Positions 42,291 through 53,531 of a stretch of 64,000 nt of DNA are shown here, in pieces. A program made the position numbers and the translations under genes. The DNA lies in contig CAWHRG010000009.1 in the NCBI GenBank assembly GCA_963831665.1, positions 25,534 through 89,533 of the forward strand, in the 5' to 3' direction. Below the pieces are notes generated by a model, which was given only the letters and a program-made list of their open reading frames with translations, had not been told where the DNA came from and made no database searches. Origin of the DNA: an uncultured Acidobacteriaceae bacterium. Lineage in GTDB: Bacteria > Acidobacteriota > Terriglobia > Terriglobales > Acidobacteriaceae. How positions within the stretch are numbered: position 1 is the stretch's first letter; the number at the start of each line of letters is the position of its first letter.

Positions 42291-43067
42291 ATGGCACCTT
42301 TTCTTCATCTGGCCCACGTTAACGTAGCCCGCGGAAACAACATCGTCCTCCACGACATCAATCTTTCCGTCAACACGGGCGAGCACATCGCCATCCTCGG
42401 CCCCAACGGCTGCGGTAAGTCCACCCTCATCAAGACCATCACCTGCGAGTGCTACCCAATCGCCCAGCCCGAAACCCAGGTCAGTATCTTCGGCCGCGAG
42501 CGCTGGGACCTCACCGAACTCAAAAAGCGCCTCGGCGTAGTCTCAGCCGAACTCCCCGGCAAACAAACCCTCACCACCACCGGCCGCGATGCCGTCCTCA
42601 CCGGCTTCTTCTCCAGCTCCACCCTCTGGCCCAATCTCACCGTCACCGACGCCATGCGCACCCGCGCCGACGAAGTCCTCCACCAAATCGACGCAACCCA
42701 ACTCGCCAACAAGCCCGTAGGCGAAATGTCCGCCGGCCAACAGCGCCGCATCATGATCGGCCGCGCCCTCGTAGCCTCCTCACAAATGCTCCTCCTCGAC
42801 GAGCCCTCCAACGCCCTCGACCTCGCCGCACAGCGCGATCTCCGCAACCTCCTCCGCCGTCTCGCGCAGCAGGGAACTGGCATCCTCCTCATCACCCATC
42901 ACATCGCCGACATCCCACCCGAGATCGACCGCATCCTCATGATGAAAGACGGCCGCATCATCGCCGACGGCCCCAAGGCCGAGCTTCTCACCGCGCCGCG
43001 TCTCAGCGACCTCTTCAAGACTGACGTTCAGCTCACTCAAAAAGACGGCTTCCATCACGCCTGGTAG
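42291..43067 (+). CDS. ABC transporter ATP-binding protein (ModF-like)
   Basis: GPNGCGKST, MSAGQQRR, LLLDEP, ITHH. Confidence 0.88.
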   Translation: MAPFLHLAHVNVARGNNIVLHDINLSVNTGEHIAILGPNGCGKSTLIKTITCECYPIAQPETQVSIFGRERWDLTELKKRLGVVSAELPGKQTLTTTGRDAVLTGFFSSSTLWPNLTVTDAMRTRADEVLHQIDATQLANKPVGEMSAGQQRRIMIGRALVASSQMLLLDEPSNALDLAAQRDLRNLLRRLAQQGTGILLITHHIADIPPEIDRILMMKDGRIIADGPKAELLTAPRLSDLFKTDVQLTQKDGFHHAW

Positions 43068-43126
43068 CGGACACCATTTGCATCTACAAGCCATCGCAAA
43101 CGTCTAATTATTAGAAGGGGACACCA

Positions 43127-44065
43127 ATGGTCCGCTATATTCTTGCATCAACGCTTCTTACTGCCTCACTTGCACTAGCCCAGGAAGGTCCGACGATCAC
43201 TCAGGCGCTAGTAGCAATCGACTCCAAGGCCCCAGCCGCCCTCACCGCAAGCAACGTCACCCTCAAGATCAACAACAAGGCGACCCCACTCGCCAACGTC
43301 ACCCCTGTCACACCCACCGGAGCACAGGTCGCCATCCTCATCGACGACGGCCTCCGCACCAGTGTCGGTCGTGAGCTCAACGATCTTCGCAGCTTCATCA
43401 CAAATCTTCCTCCTGGAATCGAGATCTTCGTCGGCTATATGCAGAACGGCCGCGTCGTCCCGGCGCAAGCCTTCACCACTGACCACGCCGTCGCAGCAGG
43501 CTCGCTCCGCATTCCTCTCGGCAGTCCCGGCATCAGTTCAAGCCCCTACTTCGCCCTCACTGATTTCACAAAGAGGTGGCCACGTTCATCGGAGTCCGTC
43601 GCCAGCGACAACCCGCAAGCCTCTGCCAAGGCACGCTTCGTCCTTATGATTACGAACGGCGTCGATCCCTATAACGGCAGCACCCGAATCTCAAACCAGA
43701 ACAGCCCTTACGTCAGTGCAGCGATCGCCGATGCCCAGCGCGCAGGCGCAGCCGTCTACTCCATCTACTACACCGACGCCGGATTCGGTGGCGGCAGAGC
43801 CAGCTTCAGCGGCCAGAGCTATCTCTCGCAGGTAGCAGACGCCACCGGAGGCCGCTCCTACTACCAGGGAATGGGCAATCCCGTCTCCATGACGCCGTTT
43901 CTCCAGCAGTTCAAATCAGCCATTGCGGAGACATACATCGCCACCTTCTCCGCTCCGGACAACAAAGAGTTCGTCCCCATCAAGTTCACAACAAGTATTC
44001 CCAAGACCAAACTACAGTCCGCCAACCAGGTCCGACCAGGCACTCGCCTAGCTGCACAGCCTTGA
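43127..44065 (+). CDS. Exported VWA-like domain protein
   Basis: Signal peptide; VAILIDDG, VLMITNGVD, VYSIYY, GGRSY. Confidence 0.65.
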   Translation: MVRYILASTLLTASLALAQEGPTITQALVAIDSKAPAALTASNVTLKINNKATPLANVTPVTPTGAQVAILIDDGLRTSVGRELNDLRSFITNLPPGIEIFVGYMQNGRVVPAQAFTTDHAVAAGSLRIPLGSPGISSSPYFALTDFTKRWPRSSESVASDNPQASAKARFVLMITNGVDPYNGSTRISNQNSPYVSAAIADAQRAGAAVYSIYYTDAGFGGGRASFSGQSYLSQVADATGGRSYYQGMGNPVSMTPFLQQFKSAIAETYIATFSAPDNKEFVPIKFTTSIPKTKLQSANQVRPGTRLAAQP

Positions 44066-44194
44066 TGACATTGATGCACGGGAGAGGGAATTGCTTTGTT
44101 GAAACGGGCTCATCAAGACTATTCCGCGAGCTGCTCTTTAGTTTCGCAGTTGGGCCCAATTCAACTAAGCTGATTGAGTCCTTCAACTCAGCCA

Positions 44195-45815
44195 ATGCCA
44201 ATCGAACCGTCAGTTCTTCACAAAACCGAAAGCAATCCAGAAGGCCTGATACACAGCAAGAATCGAATGGCTGAGTTCATCCGGGCTCATGATTGGAGTT
44301 CAACTCCCCTTGGACCAATCGAAGATTGGTCCGAAGCCCTCCTCTTGTCCGTAAATCTCATGCTTTCATGTGCTTTCCCCTCGCTGGTTTTCTGGGGTAA
44401 GGAGTTGGTACAGCTCTATAACGATGCTTTTATCCCTCTTCTCGCTGAGCGACACCCCTCAGGCTTGGGACAGACAGCCGAGGAATGCTGGTGGGATGCC
44501 TGGCAGACCGTCGGCCCGAACCTCAAACGGGTCATGAATGATGGAGAGACGGTATTTCACGAAAACACCGTCGTTCCGATCCTCCGGGATGGGAGGTTGC
44601 AGGATATCCGCTGGACCTACAGCTATAGTCCGATCTTCGGGACGGGCGGCGAGACGCTGGGTGTACTTGTAGTTTGCCAGGATATTACTCGCGAAGTGGC
44701 TGCTGCCCAGGTACTTCGGGAGAGCGAAGAGGGAACACGAGAGAAGTCAAAACGTCTTCGTGAATTCGCAGCGATCGTCGAATCCTCGGACGATGTAATT
44801 TTGAGCAAAGACCTGAACGGGATCATCACGAGTTGGAACGATGCTGCAACACGGGTCTTCGGCTACTCCCCAGAAGAGATGATCGGCGCTTCGATCCTCA
44901 AGCTGATTCCCGAGCACCTTCACTCCGACGAAAAGACAATCATCGAAAACATTCGCGCTGGGCGACGAATCGAGCACTTCGAGACGGTCCGGCGCACAAA
45001 GGACGGAAGGCTCATCGACGTTTCGACTTTCCGTCTCCCCGATCAAGGATGAACAGGGCCAGGTGATTGGAGCATCCAAGATCCTTCGCGACATCTCAAG
45101 CCGCAAGCGAATGGAGCAATCCCTGCTGCAAGCGGAGAAGATCGCGGCGACGGGGCGCATGGCTGCGACGATTGCGCATGAGGTCAATAATCCGCTTGAA
45201 GCGGTGATGAACCTGCTCTATCTGCTACGGGCAAAGATCACTGACGATCAAGGCCGCGACTTTCTGGCGACGGCGGAAGAGGAACTCGGACGTGTGTCCC
45301 ATATCGCCAAGCAAACGCTGGGGTACTATCGCGAGTACGCCGCAGCTAGCCCGGTGTCGGTCAGTGAAATCGCAGAGCATGCGCTCACCATCTACGAACC
45401 GCGCTGTACCGCTGCCGGCATTGCCGTAAGGAGATCAATCGGTTCTTCGCCAAAGATCGTGCTTCGCCGGGGCGAGATAATGCAAGTAATCTCCAATTTA
45501 ATCGCGAACTCAATCTATGCCATGCCCGAAGGTGGAACTCTCTCGCTTTCCGTTAGCGATGCTTCGAGTCCGGGGAAAGGCGTTGTCCTGACGGTTGAAG
45601 ACGATGGAGTGGGAATTGCCCCAGCAGATTTGCCAAGGGTTTTTGACGCCTTCTTCACAACGCGGACTACGGTCGGCACTGGAATTGGACTATTCGTCGC
45701 AAAGCAATTCATCGAGGGGCACCGTGGGCGGATTAGCATCGAGAGCAATAATGAATCGGACCGGCACGGCACAACCATCCGTGTCTTCCTCCCTCTCCAT
45801 ACAGCCTACGAGTGA
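44195..45815 (+). CDS. PAS-domain sensor histidine kinase, +1 frameshift at 45026
   Basis: DWSSTPLGP, PAS (AAIVESSDD...WN), H-box IAHEVNNPL, N-box NLIANS, DDGVGI, GTGIGL. Confidence 0.9.
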
Positions 45816-45990
45816 TCTTGAAAGTAGCTCTGTGCCGACTCCTCAGGGGATCAGGATTATGGAGCTTGAACGACAGCAGACATTCCCCGCAGACATAAAT
45901 CGCAGCGTACGAAAAGGCGTCTATCTATCCTCGTAGACAATGCACCCGTATAGGACTACGCTTAGGCCTCACCAAGAGAGAGGCGCCACG

Positions 45991-46188
45991 ATGGTTCTCA
46001 CCCTTCCGCCCTTCTTCCCACATAGACGAAATCGAGACGGTTCGTTCGACTCCATTTGCTTGAAGTGCTTGCTCACAATTGCTAACGCGGGAATTGAAGC
46101 CGATCTGGCAGCGCACGACAAGGATCACGTCTGCAATCCTTCCATCTTGTCCCAACAGGCTTTTGATCGCGCTCGGACGGCGCCCTAA
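45991..46188 (+). CDS. Small CxxC...HxC protein (paralog 1)
   Basis: FPHRRNRDGSFDSICLKCLLTIA...HVC; SD GAGAGG upstream. Confidence 0.7.
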   Translation: MVLTLPPFFPHRRNRDGSFDSICLKCLLTIANAGIEADLAAHDKDHVCNPSILSQQAFDRARTAP

Positions 46189-46235
46189 CCAATCCAGCCT
46201 TGGCCATTTTCTGAACAACCTCTTTAGGCGGCGTG

Positions 46236-46409
46236 ATGATGGTTGAAATCAAATTTTCGCACCGCTACAACCCTGATGGGACGTGGCAATCAATCTGCCC
46301 GGAATGCTATAAAACAGTGGCGGAAAGCCGCGAAGAGGCAGACCTGAAGCGAGCCGAGAGTACCCATGTTTGCCTCTCACTCAATGGGCGCATGGTTCGG
46401 ATCAATTAG
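46236..46409 (+). CDS. Small CxxC...HxC protein (paralog 2, not in ORF track)
   Basis: 57 aa MMVEIKFSHRYNPDGTWQSICPECYKTVAESREEADLKRAESTHVC..., with the same motif spacing as the upstream gene. Confidence 0.7.
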   Translation: MMVEIKFSHRYNPDGTWQSICPECYKTVAESREEADLKRAESTHVCLSLNGRMVRIN

Positions 46410-46577
46410 TCTTTTTCGCTCGCGCGGATCTGGGCTCGGCTGTGTTTTCGGAGAGTTTCCGAAGATCGAAACAACAGATTAGGTTGCCAAATATCCGGAT
46501 CGACCCGATTGAGTAGCTACCGGAGGATTAGGGTTACGTCCTCCAGAGGAGTAAGCTGGAAGTGAGGTCAGCCGACC

Positions 46578-47003
46578 ATGTCAGTAGTCGGCGCGGTAAT
46601 TCCTAAATTGGGCGACTATGTTGTGAGCTCGTTCAATGCCGACAGACCCGCACTTGTATCTCAGTTAGCTGGCGACGGCAAAAGGCAACCCTTTTCGGTT
46701 CTCTTGCGCCAAGTAGCCGGTGTGCGGTCGTCACGAAGAAGAACCTGCATTTCACCCGCGAATTCAGCAGAACTTAGTCTGAACGCCGCAAAGAACGTGG
46801 AGACTAACGTGCGCTCAGAACTCATCTTTCGTGCCCGAGAAAAGCTCGATAACAAGTACAAGCTATGTCAAACAGCCTCAAAGGCGACTCGCCGCCTTCA
46901 CATCACCGCGAAAAACACCACAGACACCATCAACGATGCCCTTTCACGAATAGCTGGTGGCGATGAATTTTCGCTACCGGTGAACCCTATTCTTGCCTCC
47001 TAG
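46578..47003 (+). CDS. Hypothetical ORF
   Basis: 141-aa ORF with SD-like GAGG; no recognisable motif. Confidence 0.3.
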   Translation: MSVVGAVIPKLGDYVVSSFNADRPALVSQLAGDGKRQPFSVLLRQVAGVRSSRRRTCISPANSAELSLNAAKNVETNVRSELIFRAREKLDNKYKLCQTASKATRRLHITAKNTTDTINDALSRIAGGDEFSLPVNPILAS

Positions 47004-47044
47004 CAGCACCTAGCGAGTCAAAGATTCGGTATGGAATCAAGGGA

Positions 47045-47257
47045 ATGAACTCACTGCACTTTAGATGGCCGGCTGGATTTCCCAGATTGCTAGGTTCTCC
47101 TAAAGAGTGCCCAGTCTGTACCTCGATCGAGTTTACCGATGCGGAGTTCCATCCTCTCGACCGCTCCTTATCCTTGCTCGCGTTACATCCGATTCGCTGC
47201 GTAAATTGCTGGCGAAGGTATTACGGCTTCTCGAAGGCGAATAAAGCCACCACGTGA
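47045..47257 (+). CDS. Small zinc-ribbon-like protein
   Basis: CPVC ... RCVNC pair; AAGGGA SD. Confidence 0.6.
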   Translation: MNSLHFRWPAGFPRLLGSPKECPVCTSIEFTDAEFHPLDRSLSLLALHPIRCVNCWRRYYGFSKANKATT

Positions 47258-47310
47258 CGTTCACATTTGCCGGTGCACAGCAGTCATCCAGCCCGATCAC
47301 ATCGAAATAG

Positions 47311-48414
47311 CTACGCCCTCGCACCCGCGACCCGATAGATCGCCTCAATGTACTGCATATCCCGCAGGCCTTCCTCCCCGGGAGTTCGCGGCGTCTTGTT
47401 ATGCAGAATGCAGTCCGTAAAATGATCGGCCTGCAGCACGAACTGGTAGGGATCACGCTGAGGATTTATCTCGTCGATGTGGACTTGTGGTTGCCCGTTG
47501 CCCGGGGAATAGCTGGCTCGCAGCACAATCCCATCATATCCGAATGTGCCTTCCATCCAGCCATTCGATCCGAATATCTTGTAGTACCCCGGCATTTGCG
47601 CGCCGTAGGTCGTCGTGCAACTCGCAAGCACCCCTGAAGGAAACCGCATCGTCCAGGCCGTAGTCTCCTCCACATCATTGAACCGCCCATCGTGGTCCTC
47701 TGTGGATACCATCGCAGTAAACTTTTCTGGTTCTTCACCAGTAAGATACCGCGCACAGTTCAAGGAATAGATTCCCATATCCAATAGAGAACCGCCTCCC
47801 CCCAGCGCCTTGGTGGAGCGCCACTCGCCCCGGGCGATGTTGAACCCATTCGCGCTGTCGAATGCCTGAATCTTCCCCAGCTTGCCATCGCGAACCAGCT
47901 TGATCGCCTTCAGCGTAGTCGGCTCATAGTGCAGCCGATAGGCAATCATCAGCTTCACATTAGCTGCCTTGCACGCCGCGATCATGTCCTCCGCTTCTTT
48001 CACCGAGATCGACATCGGCTTCTCGCACAGCACATGCTTGCCCGCCTTTGCAGACCGTATCGTGTACTCCGCATGCATGCTGTTTGGCAGCGCGACATAC
48101 ACCGCGTCGATAGCTTTGTTGTCCCGCATACGGTCCATGTCTTCGTAGCTGTAGATCGACTCTTTCGGCACACCATACTCTGCTGCAATACGCTCTGCCT
48201 TATCGCGATGCCCACTCACAAGCCCGGTAATCTGCGAGGTCGATCCCTGCTTTACCCCGCGCATAAAGTGGTCTGCAATTCGTCCCAACCCGATAACGCA
48301 ATACCCAATCTTGCGCTGTTCACCCTGCGCCTCGGCCCTCACCACAGGCAGCATCTGCGCCGCCATCCCCAAAGCCCCAAGCCTCGAAAACTCCCGTCGC
48401 GTCAAACGCATCAT
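47311..48414 (-). CDS. Gfo/Idh/MocA oxidoreductase (glucose-fructose oxidoreductase-like), Tat signal
   Basis: TRREFS; IGLGRI, VYVALPNSMH, HVLCEKP, GGGSLLDMGIY. Confidence 0.9.
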   Translation of the reverse strand: MMRLTRREFSRLGALGMAAQMLPVVRAEAQGEQRKIGYCVIGLGRIADHFMRGVKQGSTSQITGLVSGHRDKAERIAAEYGVPKESIYSYEDMDRMRDNKAIDAVYVALPNSMHAEYTIRSAKAGKHVLCEKPMSISVKEAEDMIAACKAANVKLMIAYRLHYEPTTLKAIKLVRDGKLGKIQAFDSANGFNIARGEWRSTKALGGGGSLLDMGIYSLNCARYLTGEEPEKFTAMVSTEDHDGRFNDVEETTAWTMRFPSGVLASCTTTYGAQMPGYYKIFGSNGWMEGTFGYDGIVLRASYSPGNGQPQVHIDEINPQRDPYQFVLQADHFTDCILHNKTPRTPGEEGLRDMQYIEAIYRVAGARA

Positions 48415-48479
48415 CTCCCCGTTTCATCCAACGACCCGAGTATAAGCGAGCCGCCAGTAGACTTCCGACAAGCGTTCAT

Positions 48480-48560
48480 GTCGTCATCCTGACCCTGAGC
48501 GAAGTCGAATGGGGAAAGATCCCTGTATTTCGCCCTTTGCTCTTGCTTTTGCCTGTTCCT
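48480..48560 (+). repeat. REP-like repeat, copy C (longer variant)
   Basis: GTCGTCATCCTGACCCTGAGCGAAGTCGAATGGGGAAAGATCCCTGTATTTCGCC. Confidence 0.7.
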
Positions 48561-48705
48561 AAATCTTTCCCACCCGCAGCTCACCTAAGCCGTGAGTTTT
48601 GGCACAGCTTCTGGGATGGGGGGCAATGACCCCATCCCTCGCCTTTCGGTGGGAGCGCAGGGCCTTTAACCCTGCGAATACCCTTCGCTAAATAGAGGGG
48701 CTTTA

Positions 48706-49965
48706 GAGGGTGCTGAAAAAGTCTCTATGTTTTAAACAGGGTGATTTGGTAGGAAGGAGAGATGCGAGGAGACGAGCAGTATCAGGAAGAGATGTTCAGC
48801 TACGGGAGCCTGAGCCAGAGAGTGCCGTTGGATCATCCTTTGCGTCGAGTTCGAGTGATGGCCGATGAAGCGATGGGTTGTCTGGAGACTCGATTCGAGC
48901 AGATGTACTCTCGGCTTGGCCGCCCGTCTGTTCCCCCCGAGCAGATGTTGCGCGCGTTGCTTTTGCAGATGCTGTACTCGGTGCGTTCCGAGCGGATGCT
49001 GATGGAGCAGATGGAGTACAACCTGTTATTCCGCTGGTTCGTTGGCCTGGGCATGAACGACCGTGTGTGGGATGCGACGAGCTTCAGCAAGAACCGGGAG
49101 CGGTTGTTGTCCGGCGAGGTGGCTGAGGTGTTCTTCTCTTCGGTGGTGGCGTCGGCGCGGCAACTGCGCCTGCTATCGGATGAGCACTTTACGGTGGACG
49201 GCACGCTGATCGAGGCGTGGGCTTCGGAGAAGAGCTATCAGCCCAAGGCTGGACCTTGGCCGCCTAAGGGTAAGGGCTCCGGGCATGGTGGCAGCGTGTT
49301 GAAGTCTGACACCCACGAGTCCAAGACCGATCCGGAGGCGCGGCTGTATCGCAAGGGGATGCGGATGGGCTTCCGTCTGCGGCACATGGCGCATGTGGTG
49401 AGCGAGAACGAGCATGGACTGGTGGTGGCCACCGAGGTCACGACCTGTTCGCCGACACAGGAGCGGGTGGCCGCAGTGCGGATGATGCGGCGGCTGAAGC
49501 AGACGATGCAGCCGAAGATCGTGGCTGCCGACAAGGGCTACCATGAGCAGGACTTCGTCGGCGCGATGCGACAGATGGGAGTGGAGGCGCATGTGCCGAG
49601 ATACAAGTGCAGACGGCCTTGCCTGGTCGATCCGGCGATCTATGAACGGCCCGAGTATGTCCAGAGCCAGAAGAAGCGGAAGTGGGTGGAGCGGTTCTTC
49701 GGCTGGCTCAAGACGACCGCGAACCTGGCAAAGACACGACACAGAGGGCATCGCAAGCTGCACTGGAACTTCACGCTGGCCGCTGCCGCTTACAACCTCG
49801 TCCGCATGACGACCTTGACCGTCGCAAGCTGAGCTTCAACCGCACCAAACGTCGCTCCCTGAAGCGCCCCAAGCCCCAAACACCGCAAAATAAACCTCAA
49901 ACCCCTCTTCAAAAACCTACCCGTCATCATCTTCGCAAAGAAAAAACTGCTTTTTCAGCACCCTC
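48706..49965 (+). mobile_element. IS5-family insertion sequence (~1260 bp)
   Basis: 16-bp perfect TIRs GAGGGTGCTGAAAAAG / CTTTTTCAGCACCCTC, flanked by TA on both sides. Confidence 0.9.
48762..49832 (+). CDS. IS5-family DDE transposase
   Basis: DHPLR, GRPSVPPE, RSERMLMEQ, FTVDGTLIEAWAS, ADKGY, VERFFGWLK. Confidence 0.93.
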   Translation: MRGDEQYQEEMFSYGSLSQRVPLDHPLRRVRVMADEAMGCLETRFEQMYSRLGRPSVPPEQMLRALLLQMLYSVRSERMLMEQMEYNLLFRWFVGLGMNDRVWDATSFSKNRERLLSGEVAEVFFSSVVASARQLRLLSDEHFTVDGTLIEAWASEKSYQPKAGPWPPKGKGSGHGGSVLKSDTHESKTDPEARLYRKGMRMGFRLRHMAHVVSENEHGLVVATEVTTCSPTQERVAAVRMMRRLKQTMQPKIVAADKGYHEQDFVGAMRQMGVEAHVPRYKCRRPCLVDPAIYERPEYVQSQKKRKWVERFFGWLKTTANLAKTRHRGHRKLHWNFTLAAAAYNLVRMTTLTVAS

Positions 49966-49981
49966 TAAAGCCCCGGGCTCT

Positions 49982-50329
49982 CTAAATGGCTGCCACAGCC
50001 TCTTCCACCGTGCTGAAGTTCCGCAGCAAACTCTTCACCTTCGTCAGCACCAACAGCGCATCGACTCGTTCATTCGCTCCAGCCAGAGCCATCTTGCGAC
50101 CGTTCTTCTCCGCTGCTACGTAGTAGTTGATCAAGACCCCAATCCCAGCCGAGTCCATATAGGGCACGTTGCTCAAATCGAAGACCATCTTAGGCGGCCT
50201 GTTCGTTGCCAGTTCTTTCTGAAACTCAAATATGTTCTGCAAGCTCAGCGGGCCAGTCAGCTTCATCACGACGGTCCCTGGTTGCTCGGTCTCACTACTG
50301 TTGTATGTAAAAAAAGGAGCATCATTCAT
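49982..50329 (-). CDS. STAS-domain anti-sigma-factor antagonist
   Basis: DLSNVPYMDSAGIG phosphoacceptor motif. Confidence 0.9.
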   Translation of the reverse strand: MNDAPFFTYNSSETEQPGTVVMKLTGPLSLQNIFEFQKELATNRPPKMVFDLSNVPYMDSAGIGVLINYYVAAEKNGRKMALAGANERVDALLVLTKVKSLLRNFSTVEEAVAAI

Positions 50330-50538
50330 GCCCGTCAGTCTAAAGCTCCCAGGTCAAACTGTCTTGTTACAAACGTGTAAATTCCTCCGCCCGAAAATAA
50401 ACTTGCGAAATCTGCAAAATTTTCGCAGGCAAAAAACTGCATTTCAGAAACCATCTTTACCAGCCGTTTCACCACACTTTGTCCACAAAAAAGCCACTTG
50501 CTGCACCCCAATTTTTCGAAAAACCCCTGTAAAAACGG

Positions 50539-50563
50539 CAAAACCCCGGATCGCTCCGGGGTT
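50539..50563 (-). terminator. Intrinsic terminator of groEL
   Basis: Minus strand AACCCCGGA-GCGA-TCCGGGGTT-TT. Confidence 0.7.
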
Positions 50564-50592
50564 CCACCACGCCAGAAAAAATCCGGCAATTT

Positions 50593-52285
<1,693 letters not shown>

Positions 52286-52365
52286 TCATTCGCCGATCAA
52301 ATTTGTAATGAAATATCAAGCACTTACGCGTCGAGGCGAAACTGACGCCCCACTCCGTGTAGTGC

Positions 52366-52665
52366 CTACTTCTTGAGGATTCCCAAAACTTCTTCCTCGC
52401 GCATGATCAAAAACTCCTCGCCATCGAGCTTGATCTCGGTGCCGGAGTACTTACCGAACAGGATGCTGTCGCCGGCCTTTACATCGAGCGGGAATACTTT
52501 GCCCTCATCGTTCGACTTGCCCTTGCCGACCGAGATGACCTCGCCCTGCTGTGGCTTCTCTTTTGCGGAATCGGGAATGATGATGCCGCCACGAATGCTT
52601 TCGCCCTCTTCAATGCGGCGAACCAGAATCCGATCATGCAGCGGTGTAAATGATGTTGTCGCCAT
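52366..52665 (-). CDS. groES: Co-chaperonin GroES
   Basis: [30 protein letters not shown]. Confidence 0.97.
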   Translation of the reverse strand: MATTSFTPLHDRILVRRIEEGESIRGGIIIPDSAKEKPQQGEVISVGKGKSNDEGKVFPLDVKAGDSILFGKYSGTEIKLDGEEFLIMREEEVLGILKK

Positions 52666-52834
52666 TGCTTACATCTCCTTGATGCGATTTTTGGCGAACG
52701 AATGAACGCTCGCGTTTGGATTTCGCGACTACTCCGGAATTGCCCGGAATTGCCACAAAGAAGTTGGAAAAGTCGCCATCAGCAGGCGCTTTAGAGTCAA
52801 ACTCAAGGTCATCGTTCAAAGCTAAACTGGCTGA

Positions 52835-52861
52835 TTAGCACTCAAGCCTTCCGATTGCTAA
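52835..52861. promoter_or_regulatory. CIRCE element (HrcA operator)
   Basis: TTAGCACTC-N9-GATTGCTAA, one mismatch to the consensus, upstream of groES. Confidence 0.88.
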
Positions 52862-52890
52862 CGATAGGGCAGCCCTTAGGGTGCTGTCAA
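52861..52890 (-). promoter_or_regulatory. groESL sigma70-type promoter
   Basis: TTGACA (52890-52885) - N18 - TATCGT (52866-52861) abutting CIRCE. Confidence 0.6.
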
Positions 52891-52983
52891 CTCGTCCCCG
52901 TTAAATGTGAGTGAAAGTCACGCAAGTCTCACAGGCGCTTCGGTAATCCGCCTAATTCGCCCGGATCGTCGTAGAATGGAGCC

Positions 52984-53526
52984 ATGTTGTCGCAGCGTGC
53001 TCTCTGGTCTAAACTCGCCCTCGTTTTTTGCCTCGCGCTCTTGTCTCTTCAAGCCTTTGGGCAAGACTCACCCACCCGTCGCGGGCGGAAATACAAACCA
53101 CCACCGGACACCTCGCACATCGTCGTGCAGGTGCTGAAAAAGGCTAACGGCAAACCCATCATGAACGCCGCCGTCGTCTTCAACCCCACAAAAGACGGCA
53201 AGGATATCGGCAGTCTCGAGGTCAAGACCGACCCGGATGGCAAGGCCAGCATCGATGTAATTCCCACAGGCAGCTTAGTTACGGTACAAATAATCGCCGA
53301 TGGCTATGCCACCTTCGCCCAGGACTATAAAATCGACGAGCCGACTAGAGAGATTCTGGTTTCAATGGTCCGCCCACGCGAACAGGTTTCAGCCTACGAA
53401 GACAACACAGGCAAAGCCTCTAGCAGGAAGGCAGGCGTTCAGGAGCCGGTGAGGCCCACGGCACCCGCTGCTCCATCCACTACAAAGCCCGCTCCGGCAG
53501 CACCTGCGCCGACGCCGCAGCAGTAG
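52984..53526 (+). CDS. Exported carboxypeptidase-regulatory-like domain protein
   Basis: Signal peptide; GKPIMNAAV, KTDPDGKASI; Pro/Ala-rich tail. Confidence 0.7.
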   Translation: MLSQRALWSKLALVFCLALLSLQAFGQDSPTRRGRKYKPPPDTSHIVVQVLKKANGKPIMNAAVVFNPTKDGKDIGSLEVKTDPDGKASIDVIPTGSLVTVQIIADGYATFAQDYKIDEPTREILVSMVRPREQVSAYEDNTGKASSRKAGVQEPVRPTAPAAPSTTKPAPAAPAPTPQQ

Positions 53527-53531
53527 GCGGG

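Noticed and set aside
50479-50487. DnaA-box-like TTGTCCACA
   Set aside because: Single mismatched copy, no cluster and no dnaA context.
50335-50589. 84-aa minus-strand ORF downstream of groEL
   Set aside because: It crosses the terminator and low-complexity tract; no coding signature.
52789-52807. HAIR/HspR-like site CTTTAGA-GTCAA-ACTCAAG upstream of groES
   Set aside because: Only the right half matches and the spacing is 5 rather than 7 nt; not supportable.
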